Source: the human T2T-CHM13v2.0 reference genome, Homo sapiens. From it: 64,000 nucleotides of DNA. The notes beneath the pieces were generated by a model that had not been told where the DNA came from, made no database searches, and saw only the letters and a program-made list of their open reading frames with translations. The DNA lies in NCBI RefSeq assembly GCF_009914755.1, contig NC_060936.1; one strand, given 5' to 3'. Below, one piece after another: positions 11,583 through 25,275 of the stretch (the stretch's first letter is position 1; each line of letters opens with the position of its first letter). A program made the translations under genes and the position numbers.

Positions 11583-12537
11583 CACCATCAGGGCAATGAC
11601 TGTGAAGTGCAAAATGGAACAAAGAGAAAGGGGGGTACCCAAAGATGCGAGATCTCAATTAATTTTTGCAAGAGAGAAAGCTGGTGAGCAGGTGGAGACA
11701 TGAAACGGAGCATTGCTCAGAGAAGGGGGTGGCAGTCAGGCCTGTGGATGCCAGGACAGGCTCTGAGCTCCGTTCAGGCAGGTGCCGGGGGCAACAGTCA
11801 GAAGTGCGGCCGAAACAAGAGAACCAATTAAGGCACCAGCTGTGAAACAGGTGCACTGGCCTTCCCCCTCCCATCCCCAAAAGGAGAAGTAAATCTGTCA
11901 ACACAAACTCCCCTGCATGCTCAGTGCTTATTAGAGAAAAGCCATCCAAGAAGAACCTTCCCAGGTTAGACCACTGAGCCCTCTCAGCTTTCCTGGGAAC
12001 CGCACTGGAGACAACTGTATTAATTGAGGCCAAAGAGGCCAATCAAATTCCACAGTTCACAGACAGATTAATTTATATTCAAGTTATGGGAGGCGGAATC
12101 TATACCCCGTTTGCACAGAAGTTTGAAGGCTAACTGAGTACCAATCTGGCATGTAAATGAAGATGTAAATGAGTTTAGCAAACTTCACAGAGGTTGGGGA
12201 GTCTATGAATGGGGAACTTCCCTAACTGGACCCAGAAGGATCAGGACGCTCTGAGCAGTCACCCCTGTGCCCACCCTAACCCCTACTTTCACTGGACCCC
12301 TGGTCTTTGCTCTCTGACCCCAATTTTCCCGGCTTCTTCAGACAGATTTTTTCAAAAAATTATCCCCCCGACCTGACATCTTATTCTGAAGCTTTGAAAC
12401 ATTTAAAAAGTTAGAAAAATGATTCAGTAAACTCCTATGATCCCCTCACATAGATGCAGTACCCATGTGCAACATTTGCTATGTTACAGTTTGTGTGTGC
12501 ACACGTTATTATTGTTGTTGTTACAGTTGTTTTTAAT

Positions 12538-12668
12538 CTTTTTTTAAGAGATGGGGCTATAACTCGCTACATTGGCCAGGCTGGTCTCAAACTCCTGGGC
12601 TCAAGTGATCCTCCCACCTGGCCTCCCAAAGCTCTGGGATTACAAGCGTGAGCCACCTCACCTGGCCC
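12538..12668 (-). mobile_element. FLAM / Alu left monomer
   Basis: Single antisense Alu arm. Confidence 0.75.
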
Positions 12669-13094
12669 ATTGTTATAGTTGTTGTTTATACTGAGCCCTT
12701 TGAGAGTAGACTGCCAGACATCTCTTTACCCTTAAATGCTTTCATAGGGATCTCTGAGAACAAGAATATTCTCTTCAATAACCTCCATGCCATGATCAAA
12801 TTCAGGAGACTAGGAGTCATATATTATTGTCCCAATACAGCCCATTGGGATGATTTCGACAGTCATTCCAAGAAGGGCCTTTATAGGACATTCTTTTCCA
12901 ACCCAGAAGCACATGTGGCATTTAGTTCCAAACATCTCCTAAACCATCTTTTGATACTCACTGTGGCTGTTTTTGTTCTGCTATCCCATCAACTTCTATT
13001 TTGAGAACTGTGAGACCATCCCTGTCTCTGCAGTTGTTGAAGAAAATTTAGGCCCAGGAACCACTGCATAAGGCGGTCCAAACATTGGGGGCTC

Positions 13095-13405
13095 ATGCAC
13101 ACATACACACACACACACACACGTACATGCATACACAAACATGCACACACACACTCACACATGCACACACATGTACTCACACCATGCACACACGCACACA
13201 CGCACACACATACATGCATACACACATGCATACATGCACTCACACACATGCACACACGTACTCACACCATGCACACACATGCACTCACACACATGCACAC
13301 ATGCACTCATGCACACACATGCATGCACACCATGCACACACATGCACTCACACACATGCACACACATGCACTCATACCACGCACACATATGCACTCACAC
13401 ACCAC
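13095..13405. repeat. Complex (CA)n/(CATG) alternating purine-pyrimidine repeat
   Basis: About 310 bp of cacacatgcacac variants. Confidence 0.95.
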
Positions 13406-13620
13406 AAATATTCTGCCCTGTGGAAGGGGCAGTGTTGGCAATGAATATTCCTTCAATAGGCACCGTCCTCAGCAACTATAAGGCCAACTTACAACATCTG
13501 AGAACAACCAAGGTTGGCCTTCAACTTTCAAGCTGAGTGCCCTTCCCCACCTCCAGGTGAGCTAGCCCATCTTGTCTGTGTTGCCAGCAAAAGTACAATA
13601 TTTGTATAGAACAGTAATTA

Positions 13621-14182
<562 letters not shown>

Positions 14183-14371
14183 TCAAGCTCCTTGAGGTTG
14201 TCCAAATTTCTTGGCTCATGGCCCCTTCCTCCATCTTCAAAGCCAATAGCATAGCATCTTCCAGCCTCTCTCTCTACTTCCAACATCACACCACCTAACT
14301 CTAACTCCAACACCACCACACTCCAACTCTAACCCTCCTGCCTCCATCTTATAAGTACCCTTGTCCTTATA

Positions 14372-14667
14372 AGCACAGTGGCTCACGCCTGTAATTACAG
14401 CACTTTGAGAGGCTGAGGTGGGAGGATTGCTTAAGACCAAGAGTTTGAGACCAGCCTGGGGAACCTAGTGAGACTCCCATCTCTACAAAAAAAAAAAAAA
14501 AAAAAAAAAAAGCTAGGCGTGGTGGCACAAACCTGTAGTCCCAGCTACTCAGGAGACTGAGGCTGGAGGATCCCTTGAGCCCAGGAATTGGAGACTGCAG
14601 TGAGCTATAATGGCACCACTGCCCCCCAGCTTGGGTGACAGAGCGAGACACTATTTCTGAAAAAACA
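14372..14667 (+). mobile_element. Alu (J-like), followed by an L1 3' end (14680-14830), both within a minus-strand MLT1 LTR
   Basis: Alu consensus; L1 3' UTR tgcaatttacccatgtaa; MLT1 pieces at 14168-14370 and 14865-14938. Confidence 0.75.
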
Positions 14668-15554
14668 TGGGTTAGAATCATGGGTTGGAAGGCTACCTGT
14701 TGGGTTCTATGCTCACTACCTAGGTGATGGGATCATTCATACACCAAGCCTCAGCGACATGCAATTTACCCATGTAAAACCCCACACATGTACCTCCTTG
14801 AACCTAAAGTAAAAGTGGAGAAAAATGTATTAATTAATTCAATTAAAAATTAAAATTAAGAGGAAAAAGACCCCTGTGATAACATCAGGCCAAACCAGGT
14901 AATGCAGAATAATCCTCCCATCTCTAGAGACTTAACCACGTGTGCTTCAGAGGGAGCACAGCTGTGCCAAAACCTGGACTTTGAACTGTTGGCCTCCAGA
15001 ACTGGGAGAGAATAAACTTCTGTTGTTTTAAGCCACCTAGTTGTGGTCACTTGTTATGGCAGCCTTTGGAAACCAACACACCCGCACATGGCGTGTTTAA
15101 CGCAGGCTGATACAACCTTAAGAAAGGAATGGATGTGGTCATCAGCAATCTCCAATACCTACAGCAAATGGGAAGACAGGGAAGGACCAGAGGTGTAGGT
15201 AAAGCAAAAAGCCACAGGTCATTAGGAAGTGATGCTCCAACTGGGCATGGAAAAGGAGTTTGGAGTTAGGAACACGACAGATCTGTCTGGACAAGGATCC
15301 AGATCTCTCCTAGGGGGAAGGAGGGGCAACTAGGACAGTTTTTGTGTCTGTGGGGGGTCTTGTGTGCCACTCCAAACTCTCAGGTGTGTTCTTGGGATGT
15401 ATTTGTGCAATGACAAAAGACGGAAAAGATGCCAGCCCACGAGCAGGAGGGCAGTTGGGAGAGGCAGGGTAGGGGGCCCAGTACAGGCAGGAAAAGAAGC
15501 CTTGGGTGGGCTTACAGGTGCCACTCACACTTGGGGTCTTCCTTCCTTCCCCAG

Positions 15555-15725
15555 CCTGCACCACTCTTCACGACCCCAGGCCACCTTCTGGATAAGTTCA
15601 TCAAGGAGTTTCTCCAGCCCAACAAATGCTTCCTAGAGCAGATTGACAGTGCTGTTAACATCATCCGTACATTCCTTAAAGAAAACTGCTTCCGACAATC
15701 AACAGCCAAGATCCAGATTGTCCGG
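15555..15725 (+). CDS. OAS2: OAS2 exon 6 (start of domain II): PAPLFTTPGHLLDKFIKEFLQPNKCFLEQIDSAVNIIRTFLKENCFRQSTAKIQIVR
   Basis: Polypyrimidine tract plus ccAG acceptor, GTgagc donor; LDKFI..FLKENCF motif shared with the OAS1 N-terminus; 171 nt. Confidence 0.97.
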
Positions 15726-15929
15726 GTGAGCACTGGCCTTTCTCATGTCTTGTTGGAATGATGTAATATTGGGCATTCCTGGAAGGGAGGTAAGTGGGCA
15801 TTGTAGCTCTCCAGGATCCATCTACCTTCAGAAACTTGAGGAAGGGAAGCCAGGAGTTAAGGGAACTAGGACACTAGTTTTCAGGGGGGTTGTGGATAGA
15901 CTGCCTAGGTCATTAACAACACAACTTTG

Positions 15930-16215
15930 ATTCTGTATTGTTTTTCTTGGAGCTGTTGGCCGTCCTTGGGGCTCTTGGGCCTGGAGACACATCACTCCCG
16001 TCTCTGCCTCTGTCATCACCTTTTCTTCTGTGTCCTCCCCCTTCTCTTCTTTTCTAAGAACACTTGTCATAGGATTTAGGGCCCAGCCTGATCCAGAATG
16101 ATCTCATCTCCAGGTCCTTAACTCAGTTACATCTGCGAAGACCCTTTTTCCAAATAAGGGCACATCCACAGGCCCCCAGAGCATGTATTTTTAGGGGTCC
16201 ACCATTGAACCCACT
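15930..16215 (-). mobile_element. MLT1 LTR fragment
   Basis: aagaacacttgtcataggatttagggcccagcctgatccagaatgatctcatc. Confidence 0.7.
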
Positions 16216-17556
16216 GCAGATTCTAAGGAGCTTAGAATCTCCTTCTCCTTTGAGTGACTGGAGCCCGGCTTGCCCCATCAGCTGAGCTAGAGATTTAGAG
16301 GCTTTTGTCATTCTTGTCCGTGGCTCAAAGGCCACGGGGCTGACATGTTTCTCTCTGTTTACTGGTCACACGACCAGATAAACGTGTCCCCGTGGTCACA
16401 AGAAGGGAAGGAGGAAAATGTTATTATGTACGCGTAAATTTCTGCGTTGATGCCAGAACAAATCTGTGCAACTAGAGAAGAGGGGCCTGGGAAATGGCAC
16501 CAATAGCCCCAGGGCAATGAGTGAACTGTCTCATTGAAGGTCACTGGAGTGAAAACAGGACTGAGTTTCTGATCAGTGTTAGAATTGTCAAAGCATGTGC
16601 TTTCTCCTCTCCTTCCTGAAACCCCATTCACATGATAGTCAGTGAAAAATAAAAGGTATATGACACATCAAAGAAGAAAAGAGAGCCATCGGCAGATAAG
16701 ACATTGCTTTCCATCTTCCTGAAGTTGGTTGAAGGTTTCTCTGCTTAGGCCAGAGGAAGGTGACACCTAGAGATTGTAAGGAAGGGGCTACAGTCTGAGA
16801 GGAGCCGCCGAAGCCCACCTCTTAAAGACAAAGGTGGCCTGCATGAATGAAGGGGGCTGGAACAGGGATGAATTGAGGATCTGCATACAGGAAATAGAAC
16901 ATACCCTTTCCTCACCTCCTTAACCCATGTAATCAGGCATTTAATACCCATGGATAAAATAAAACATTTTTCTCTACAGAAACTAAATGGAGGAGAAAGA
17001 GGAGGAAGAGGAGGAGGGAGGGAAGGGAGAAGCCTTAATGGCAGAGACATAAATAGCCCACAAAGCCTAAAATACCTACTATCTGGCCCTTTTGCAGAAA
17101 GTTTACCAACCCTGTACCTCAATTATGGATATTCACCCAATGATCGCCAGACCTGCAGGAGAAAACACACATCAAAGAACAGATGAGCACCTTCACCATA
17201 ATTATTGCATTCCGCTCGATTTATTTGGTTACAGGAATCCAAATAAAGCTAAATATGTCTTTAGGAAAATCTTTAGGAAATTGACCTGAGAAGCAGGTAA
17301 CTTGTAACTAGCCCATCAGTTGTTCATGTATAAAAGGCAGGAGAATAATTGCCTTGGGAACTGTATTGTTTAATAACTGCATTATCTATTAGTTTGTAAA
17401 AGAAAACCCTTTGCTTTGGACTCAGCCCTCACTGAACCCTAACGCAGAACTTGGCCTTGGAAACAGTGTCAGTTAGCCCAACTGGTGCCAGCCCACGGGG
17501 GCACGGGACTCCTCGGTTAAGGAAATTCTGGATCTCAACCTTCCTTTCTTCCTTAG

Positions 17557-17845
17557 GGAGGATCAACCGCCAAAGGCACAGCTCTGAAGACTGGCTCTGA
17601 TGCCGATCTCGTCGTGTTCCATAACTCACTTAAAAGCTACACCTCCCAAAAAAACGAGCGGCACAAAATCGTCAAGGAAATCCATGAACAGCTGAAAGCC
17701 TTTTGGAGGGAGAAGGAGGAGGAGCTTGAAGTCAGCTTTGAGCCTCCCAAGTGGAAGGCTCCCAGGGTGCTGAGCTTCTCTCTGAAATCCAAAGTCCTCA
17801 ACGAAAGTGTCAGCTTTGATGTGCTTCCTGCCTTTAATGCACTGG
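17557..17845 (+). CDS. OAS2: OAS2 exon 7: nucleotidyltransferase core GGSTAKGTALKTGSDADLVVF...FDVLPAFNAL with catalytic D408, D410, D481
   Basis: ccttAG acceptor, GTaagg donor; GS...DxD motif; 289 nt. Residue numbers assume 448 coding nt in exons 1-2 (recalled). Confidence 0.97.
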
Positions 17846-17973
17846 GTAAGGCTCCCCAGACCTTAGCTTGGAAGTGATGGTGGACAGAAGGTGGAGGGAG
17901 AGCCACGTGACTTGATTACGGGCTCTGAAAACATGTGCCACTCATGGGTCCCTGGCCCCAGCAAGTGGCATTA

Positions 17974-18615
<642 letters not shown>

Positions 18616-19036
18616 TCACAAAGTCCAGATCAGTGTCGTCCCAGAGATCTTTCTGTGATCATGAAAATGTTCTATGTCTGGGTTCTACAACTACTGAGAG
18701 CTTGACATGTGGCTACAGCAACTGAGGAACTAAATTTTTAATTTTCATTCCCTTTAATGAATGTGAGTGCAAATGGCCACATTGCTGGTGGCTGCTCTGT
18801 TAGTTTAAGTCTAGATAATACTTTAATAATACCAGCTGCACCTGTGTAGACCACATAATTTTTACATATCTCATTATTCTGGAGATGCTCCCTGTGTCTT
18901 AGACATCAGTCTTTTAAATATGCTAATACTATTCACAGTAATTTCCAAGAATTAAATCATATTTGTCAAAAATGTTTTGGAATCTGTTACTTACTATGTG
19001 TATTAAAGCAGGATGTCAATCTCTCCCTCATGCCAG

Positions 19037-19224
19037 GTCAGCTGAGTTCTGGCTCCACACCCAGCCCCGAGGTTTATGCAGGGCTCATTGATCTGTATAA
19101 ATCCTCGGACCTCCCGGGAGGAGAGTTTTCTACCTGTTTCACAGTCCTGCAGCGAAACTTCATTCGCTCCCGGCCCACCAAACTAAAGGATTTAATTCGC
19201 CTGGTGAAGCACTGGTACAAAGAG
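19037..19224 (+). CDS. OAS2: OAS2 exon 8: (G)QLSSGSTPSPEVYAGLIDLYKSSDLPGGEFSTCFTVLQRNFIRSRPTKLKDLIRLVKHWYKE
   Basis: gccAG acceptor, GTaagg donor; paralogous to exon 3; 188 nt. Confidence 0.97.
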
Positions 19225-20328
19225 GTAAGGACAGTCTTTGTTCTGACCATGGGGTTATTATTTTTACCAGTAAGCCATGAACATTAAGCCCTGTTGCCCA
19301 CAATCTCCCATGCTGAGGGCTGAGCCACTTTGGAGAATCTGCCCACTGGATATCTTTACGACGTTCCCATCACTAACCCTATTCATTTGGGTCAGGCGTT
19401 GATGGCTTCTGCCCATCAAAGCTGCTACATGTGGTTTACTTTGCCCTCACACTGGCCAAAGAATTCTGCAGGAATCCAAGTGACCTTGCCTACAGAGGGT
19501 GGGTGGAAGCTGGGATTCACATGCCCACACATTGCCAATAGGACTTTTCTGCTTCCCGGCGCACATGCTCTCTCTCAGAAGGCAGGTTGAAGCTGTAGGT
19601 GGAACCGGGGCTGCATTTTCTATACACCCAGCTCACAGGAGCTTGAACAACTGGTCAGCCCCTGAGCCCCTACTACAAGTGATCCTCAGGCAGGTAACCC
19701 CAGATTCATGCACTGTAGGGTGCTGAGCAGCATCCCTAGTCTCTACCCAGTTTCCCCTCACTTGCACACAAAGTAGCTTCTGAACATCCTCATGACAGTA
19801 AACATCAAGCACGATATCAGCTCTTCCTGAGATGCCTCCTTTCTGTGTCCAGCTCCCTGAAATGTGAAACCAAGACCAAACTCTGTAGTTTTCATCCCAG
19901 AAAATCAGAGAGCTGGCATGGCGTGTCAGAAGACTTGGGGCTGTGGCGTGACCTTGAGTGAGTCACTCCACTTCCCGCAGCTTCAAAGTCTTCATCTAAA
20001 ATGCAGGTCATGCTGCCTGCATTGTGGGGAAGATTAGGAATGATGTGGGTAAATGCCTGGGCCCATAGCTGGCATGCAGTGGGTTTCTAGTAAACTGTAG
20101 CTATGTTATTGTCCTAGGAAGGCATATATGGTCAAAAGCACAACAAAGAAACTCAAATGTGCTGCTGCCAGGTGGACTCCTGTAGGCTGTACAATTTAGA
20201 CATCCAAGCTGCAGAGTGTGAGCACACCAGCACGACACTGTGACTCAGTTGCCTTGCTGTGGTCCCTGTGCGGCTCTCACTGAGCTCCTAGGCTAACCAG
20301 TTCGTCTGATGTTCCCACTCTTACCTAG

Positions 20329-20567
20329 TGTGAAAGGAAACTGAAGCCAAAGGGGTCTTTGCCCCCAAAGTATGCCTTGGAGCTGCTCACCATCTATGCC
20401 TGGGAGCAGGGGAGTGGAGTGCCGGATTTTGACACTGCAGAAGGTTTCCGGACAGTCCTGGAGCTGGTCACACAATATCAGCAGCTCTGCATCTTCTGGA
20501 AGGTCAATTACAACTTTGAAGATGAGACCGTGAGGAAGTTTCTACTGAGCCAGTTGCAGAAAACCAG
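20329..20567 (+). CDS. OAS2: OAS2 exon 9: [28 protein letters not shown]...LSQLQKT(R)
   Basis: cctAG acceptor, GTgcct donor; paralogous to exon 4; 239 nt. Confidence 0.97.
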
Positions 20568-21239
20568 GTGCCTTCACCCTAGCCCCGTACTTTTCTTAAC
20601 CTGATTCCCTTGAACACTGTCTCAGCAACCTGGATTTTCCTCTGCTGGGGTCACGATTCATTCCTTGCATGACGGGGGAAAGTGCTAGCCAACAGAACCT
20701 GTCACAGTCTCCAGGGATAAAACCTAGCAGGGGCAGGAGAAAATGCTGTTCAGAAAAAATAGAGAAGGAAGGTTCAAGATACCACGTCCCTGAGCTGCTT
20801 TCATCTAAGAGGTGTTAGAGTTGGAAGTGTGTCCCTAAGAATTAACGCTATCATTCACGGGCCGATTTATCCTGCAGGGTTTTTATTGGGTTAGGGTTTA
20901 TCTACTCTTTCAGACCTTCAAGAATAGTAAGAAATCATATCCATCTGCTTAGGGCCACCAGCAAGGGACAAAAACAATGGAAACCAGAGGAAAGGAAAGA
21001 GAGAAAATAAAGGAGCGTTGAAAAAGAATAGAGGAGAAGTAAGAGAGAAGGAGACCCCCGGTGGGTTGCCTACCCTGGGTTCTTGGCAACATTGTATTTG
21101 ATTAAATTATGTATCATATTTTAGCTGACATAGCAAGGAGGAGATATTTAGACTATGCCTTCATTATGCCTTCATGAGTATAGCAATTAACAGCTTTCAA
21201 AACGCTTTTGGCAAATACAATTTAATTCTAGGAAGTTGC

Positions 21240-21551
21240 TTTGGTTTTGGCTTTTGTTTTTGTTTTTGAGACAGAGCCTCACTCTGTCACCCAGGCTGGA
21301 GTGCAGTGGCACAATCTCAGCTCACTGCAACCTCTGCCTCCCGGGTTCAAGCTGGTTCTCCTGCCTCAGCCTCCGAAGTAGCTGGGACTACAGGTGCGCA
21401 CCACCACGCCCAGCTAATTTTTGTATTTTTAGTAGAGATGGGGTTTCTGCATGTTGGCCAGGATGTTCTCGAACTCCTGGCCCTCAAGTGATCCTCCCAC
21501 TTCAGCCTCCCAAAGTGCTGGGATTACAGGCATGAGCCACTGCACGCGGCC
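21240..21551 (-). mobile_element. Alu (S-like)
   Basis: Antisense Alu consensus. Confidence 0.9.
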
Positions 21552-21710
21552 TCTAGAAAGTTACTTTGAACCCTACTAGTAAATTTGAGTTGCTGACATC
21601 TAAGCTGTAAGAACACATTGTCTTATTGCTGAAAGTATTATAGGATGGACCCCAAATTCTGAAGTCACTGGGATTTGGAATCTCCTAATGCCTTCTAACC
21701 TCTCATTCAG

Positions 21711-21879
21711 GCCTGTGATCTTGGACCCAGCCGAACCCACAGGTGACGTGGGTGGAGGGGACCGTTGGTGTTGGCATCTTCTGGCAAAAGAAGCAAAGGA
21801 ATGGTTATCCTCTCCCTGCTTCAAGGATGGGACTGGAAACCCAATACCACCTTGGAAAGTGCCGGTAAAAGTCATCTAA
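21711..21879 (+). CDS. OAS2: OAS2 exon 10 with p69 read-through end: (R)PVILDPAEPTGDVGG...PCFKDGTGNPIPPWKVP-VKVI*; internal donor after 21864 used for p71
   Basis: ttcAG acceptor; CFK motif; CCG/GTaaaa donor; TAA at 21877-21879 gives 687 aa total. Confidence 0.96.
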
Positions 21880-22059
21880 AGGAGGCGTTGTCTGGAAATA
21901 GCCCTGTAACAGGCTTGAATCAAAGAACTTCTCCTACTGTAGCAACCTGAAATTAACTCAGACACAAATAAAGGAAACCCAGCTCACAGGAGCTTAAACA
22001 GCTGGTCAGCCCCCTAAGCCCCCACTACAAGTGATCCTCAGGCAGGTAACCCCAGATTC

Positions 22060-22765
22060 ATGCACTGTAGGGTGCTGCGCAGCATCCCTAGTCTCTACCC
22101 AGTAGATGCCACTAGCCCTCCTCTCCCAGTGACAACCAAAAGTCTTCAGACATTGTCAAACGTTCCCCTGGGTTCACAGATCTTTCTGCCTTTGGCTTTT
22201 GGCTCCACCCTCTTTAGCTGTTAATTTGAGTACTTATGGCCCTGAAAGCGGCCACGGTGCCTCCAGATGGCAGGTTTGCAATCCAAGCAGGAAGAAGGAA
22301 AAGATACCCAAAGGTCAAGAACACAGTGATTTTATTAGAAGTTTCATCCGCAAATTTTCTTCCATTTCATTGCTCAGAAATGTCATGTGGCTACCTGTAA
22401 CTTGAAGGTGGCTACAAAGATGACTGTGGACGTGGGTTGCACTGGCCACCCAAGGATGTCTGCCACACCTCTCCAAAGCCCTCCCTACCTACCAAGATAT
22501 ACCTGATATATTCCACCAGGATATCCTCCCTCCAGATATACTTGGTTCTCTCCACCAGGTTCTTTCTTTAAAGCAGGATTTCTCAACTTTGATACTTACT
22601 CACATTTGGGGCTAGACAGTTCTTTGTTTGGAGGCTCTCTTGTGCATTGTAGGATGTTGAGCAGCATCTCTGGCCTGTACCCAGTAGATGCCACCCAGTT
22701 GTGACAATTAAAAGTGTCTTGAGACTTTATCATGTGTCTTCTGCCCTAGGTGAGAACCCTTGCAC
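22060..22765 (+). mobile_element. Two MER20 fragments (about 22060-22175 and 22572-22765)
   Basis: gcactgtagg.tgctgagcagcatc...cccagtagatgcca...gtgacaac hallmark. Confidence 0.65.
22259..22273 (+). promoter_or_regulatory. CTCF motif in intron 10 / p69 3' UTR
   Basis: GCCTCCAGATGGCAG. Confidence 0.45.
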
Positions 22766-22861
22766 TAGAGGAACCCTACACCCCAACCCTGGGGGGAATG
22801 TAGGGAAGAGGTGGCCAAGCCAACCGTGGGGTTAGCTCTAATTATTAAGATATGCATTATA

Positions 22862-22867
22862 AATAAA
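22862..22867 (+). terminator. Candidate polyA signal for the p69 (intron-10-retaining) transcript
   Basis: AATAAA upstream of the exon 11 acceptor; another AATAAA at 21967-21972. Confidence 0.5.
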
Positions 22868-22997
22868 TACCAAAAAATTGTCTCTGGCAATAGTTACCTT
22901 CCCAGATACAGGTCCCCCCTTTTTTCCCCTAACTCTTTTAAGCAATGATTGTAACTATTAGGAGACATTGCTCTCCCACGTATGTTTTTCTTTTTAG

Positions 22998-23108
22998 ACA
23001 ATGCAGACACCAGGAAGTTGTGGAGCTAGGATCCATCCTATTGTCAATGAGATGTTCTCATCCAGAAGCCATAGAATCCTGAATAATAATTCTAAAAGAA
23101 ACTTCTAG
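22998..23108 (+). CDS. OAS2: OAS2 exon 11 coding part (p71 C-terminus): TMQTPGSCGARIHPIVNEMFSSRSHRILNNNSKRNF*
   Basis: tttttAG acceptor at 22996-22997; 36 codons then TAG 23106-23108; 683+36=719 aa matches the recalled p71 length. Confidence 0.93.
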   Translation, partial: TMQTPGSCGARIHPIVNEMFSSRSHRILNNNSKRNF

Positions 23109-23814
23109 AGATCATCTGGCAATCGCTTTTAAAGACTCGGCTCACCGTGAGAAAGAGTCACTCACATCCATTCTTCCCTTGATGGTCCCTATTCCTCCTT
23201 CCCTTGCTTCTTGGACTTCTTGAAATCAATCAAGACTGCAAACCCTTTCATAAAGTCTTGCCTTGCTGAACTCCCTCTCTGCAGGCAGCCTGCCTTTAAA
23301 AATAGTTGCTGTCATCCACTTTATGTGCATCTTATTTCTGTCAACTTGTATTTTTTTTCTTGTATTTTTCCAATTAGCTCCTCCTTTTTCCTTCCAGTCT
23401 AAAAAAGGAATCCTCTGTGTCTTCAAAGCAAAGCTCTTTACTTTCCCCTTGGTTCTCATAACTCTGTGATCTTGCTCTCGGTGCTTCCAACTCATCCACG
23501 TCCTGTCTGTTTCCTCTGTATACAAAACCCTTTCTGCCCCTGCTGACACAGACATCCTCTATGCCAGCAGCCAGCCAACCCTTTCATTAGAACTTCAAGC
23601 TCTCCAAAGGCTCAGATTATAACTGTTGTCATATTTATATGAGGCTGTTGTCTTTTCCTTCTGAGCCTGCCTTTCTCCCCCCCACCCAGGAGTATCCTCT
23701 TGCCAAATCAAAAGACTTTTTCCTTGGGCTTTAGCCTTAAAGATACTTGAAGGTCTAGGTGCTTTAACCTCACATACCCTCACTTAAACTTTTATCACTG
23801 TTGCATATACCAGT

Positions 23815-24610
23815 TGTGATACAATAAAGAATGTATCTGGATTTTGTGCCTAGTTCCTAGCACACAGCTTCAAAAATTCTAGAGTTTCCTGATAGGAGTG
23901 TCTTTTGTATTCATAACAAGCCCTTTTCACCCATGCCTGGGTTTATGCTAACAAGGTTACCCATGGTGGGCCCTTAGTTTCAAGGAAGGAGTTGGCCAAG
24001 CCAGAAAGACCAAGCATGTGGTTAAAGCATTGGAATTTTCAGCCCCATCCCACCCCCAATCTCCAAGGAGGTGATGGGGCTGGAAATTGAGTTCAATTTT
24101 AACATGGCCAGTGATTTAAGCAATGCTGCCTATGTAAAGAAACCCCAATAAAAACTCTGGACAGTGAGGCTTGGGGAGCTTCCTGATTGGCAGACATTCC
24201 AATGTACTAGGAAGGTAGCGCATCTTGATTCCACAGGGACAAAGGCTCCTGAGCTCTGGGCCCTTCCAGTGCTTGCCACCCTACATACTCTTTGTCTGGC
24301 TCTTCATTTGTATTCTTTATAATAAAATGGTGATTGTAAGTAGAGCATTTTCCTGAGTTCTATGAGTCATTCTGCAAATTATCAAAACTGAAGGAAAGTC
24401 ATGGAAACTCCCAAGTTTGTAACCAAGTCGGACAGAGGTGTGGGTAGCCTGGGGACCCCATGTATGGCTGGAGTCTGAAAGAAGGGTGGACTTGGTGAGG
24501 ACCTTGCTCTTTAAATTGTGGGATCTACACACATTCCAGGTAGTCAGTGCCAGACTTGACTTAAATTGCAGGACAGTCAGCTGGTGTCACAGATTAGGTG
24601 TTGGAATGCA
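23815..24610 (+). mobile_element. MER21-family solo LTR
   Basis: tgtgatacaataaaga...ataggagtgtcttttgtattcataacaagccc...gtttatgctaa. Confidence 0.7.
24321..24326 (+). terminator. Distal OAS2 polyA signal within a MER21-type LTR
   Basis: AATAAA followed by GT/T-rich sequence; further AATAAA at 23823 and 24147. Confidence 0.65.
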
Positions 24611-24945
24611 CCACTACTCTTGTCCAGGATGCAGGCAAAAGAAATATATATGAAGATGTTGAAAAATGGAAGAATACAGGAAACAAGCATGAGAAGAAAA
24701 GGCAAAAATAATTTTTAAAAAGTTTTTTAAATGATAAAAAACATTTAATGAAAGAATGACCACTTTAAGTACACATCTACTCAGTCTACAACTAGTTACC
24801 AGGGCCTTCTGGATGCCCAAACTTGCACTAGATACATAGGCAGGAAACACGGAAGCAGAAACTGTGAGACGCTGTCCCCATCCTCACAGGGCTTGGCTGG
24901 AGGAACTGGAACACATAGCCCTAAATCCCTTAAAGAAAAATGAAG

Positions 24946-25275
<330 letters not shown>

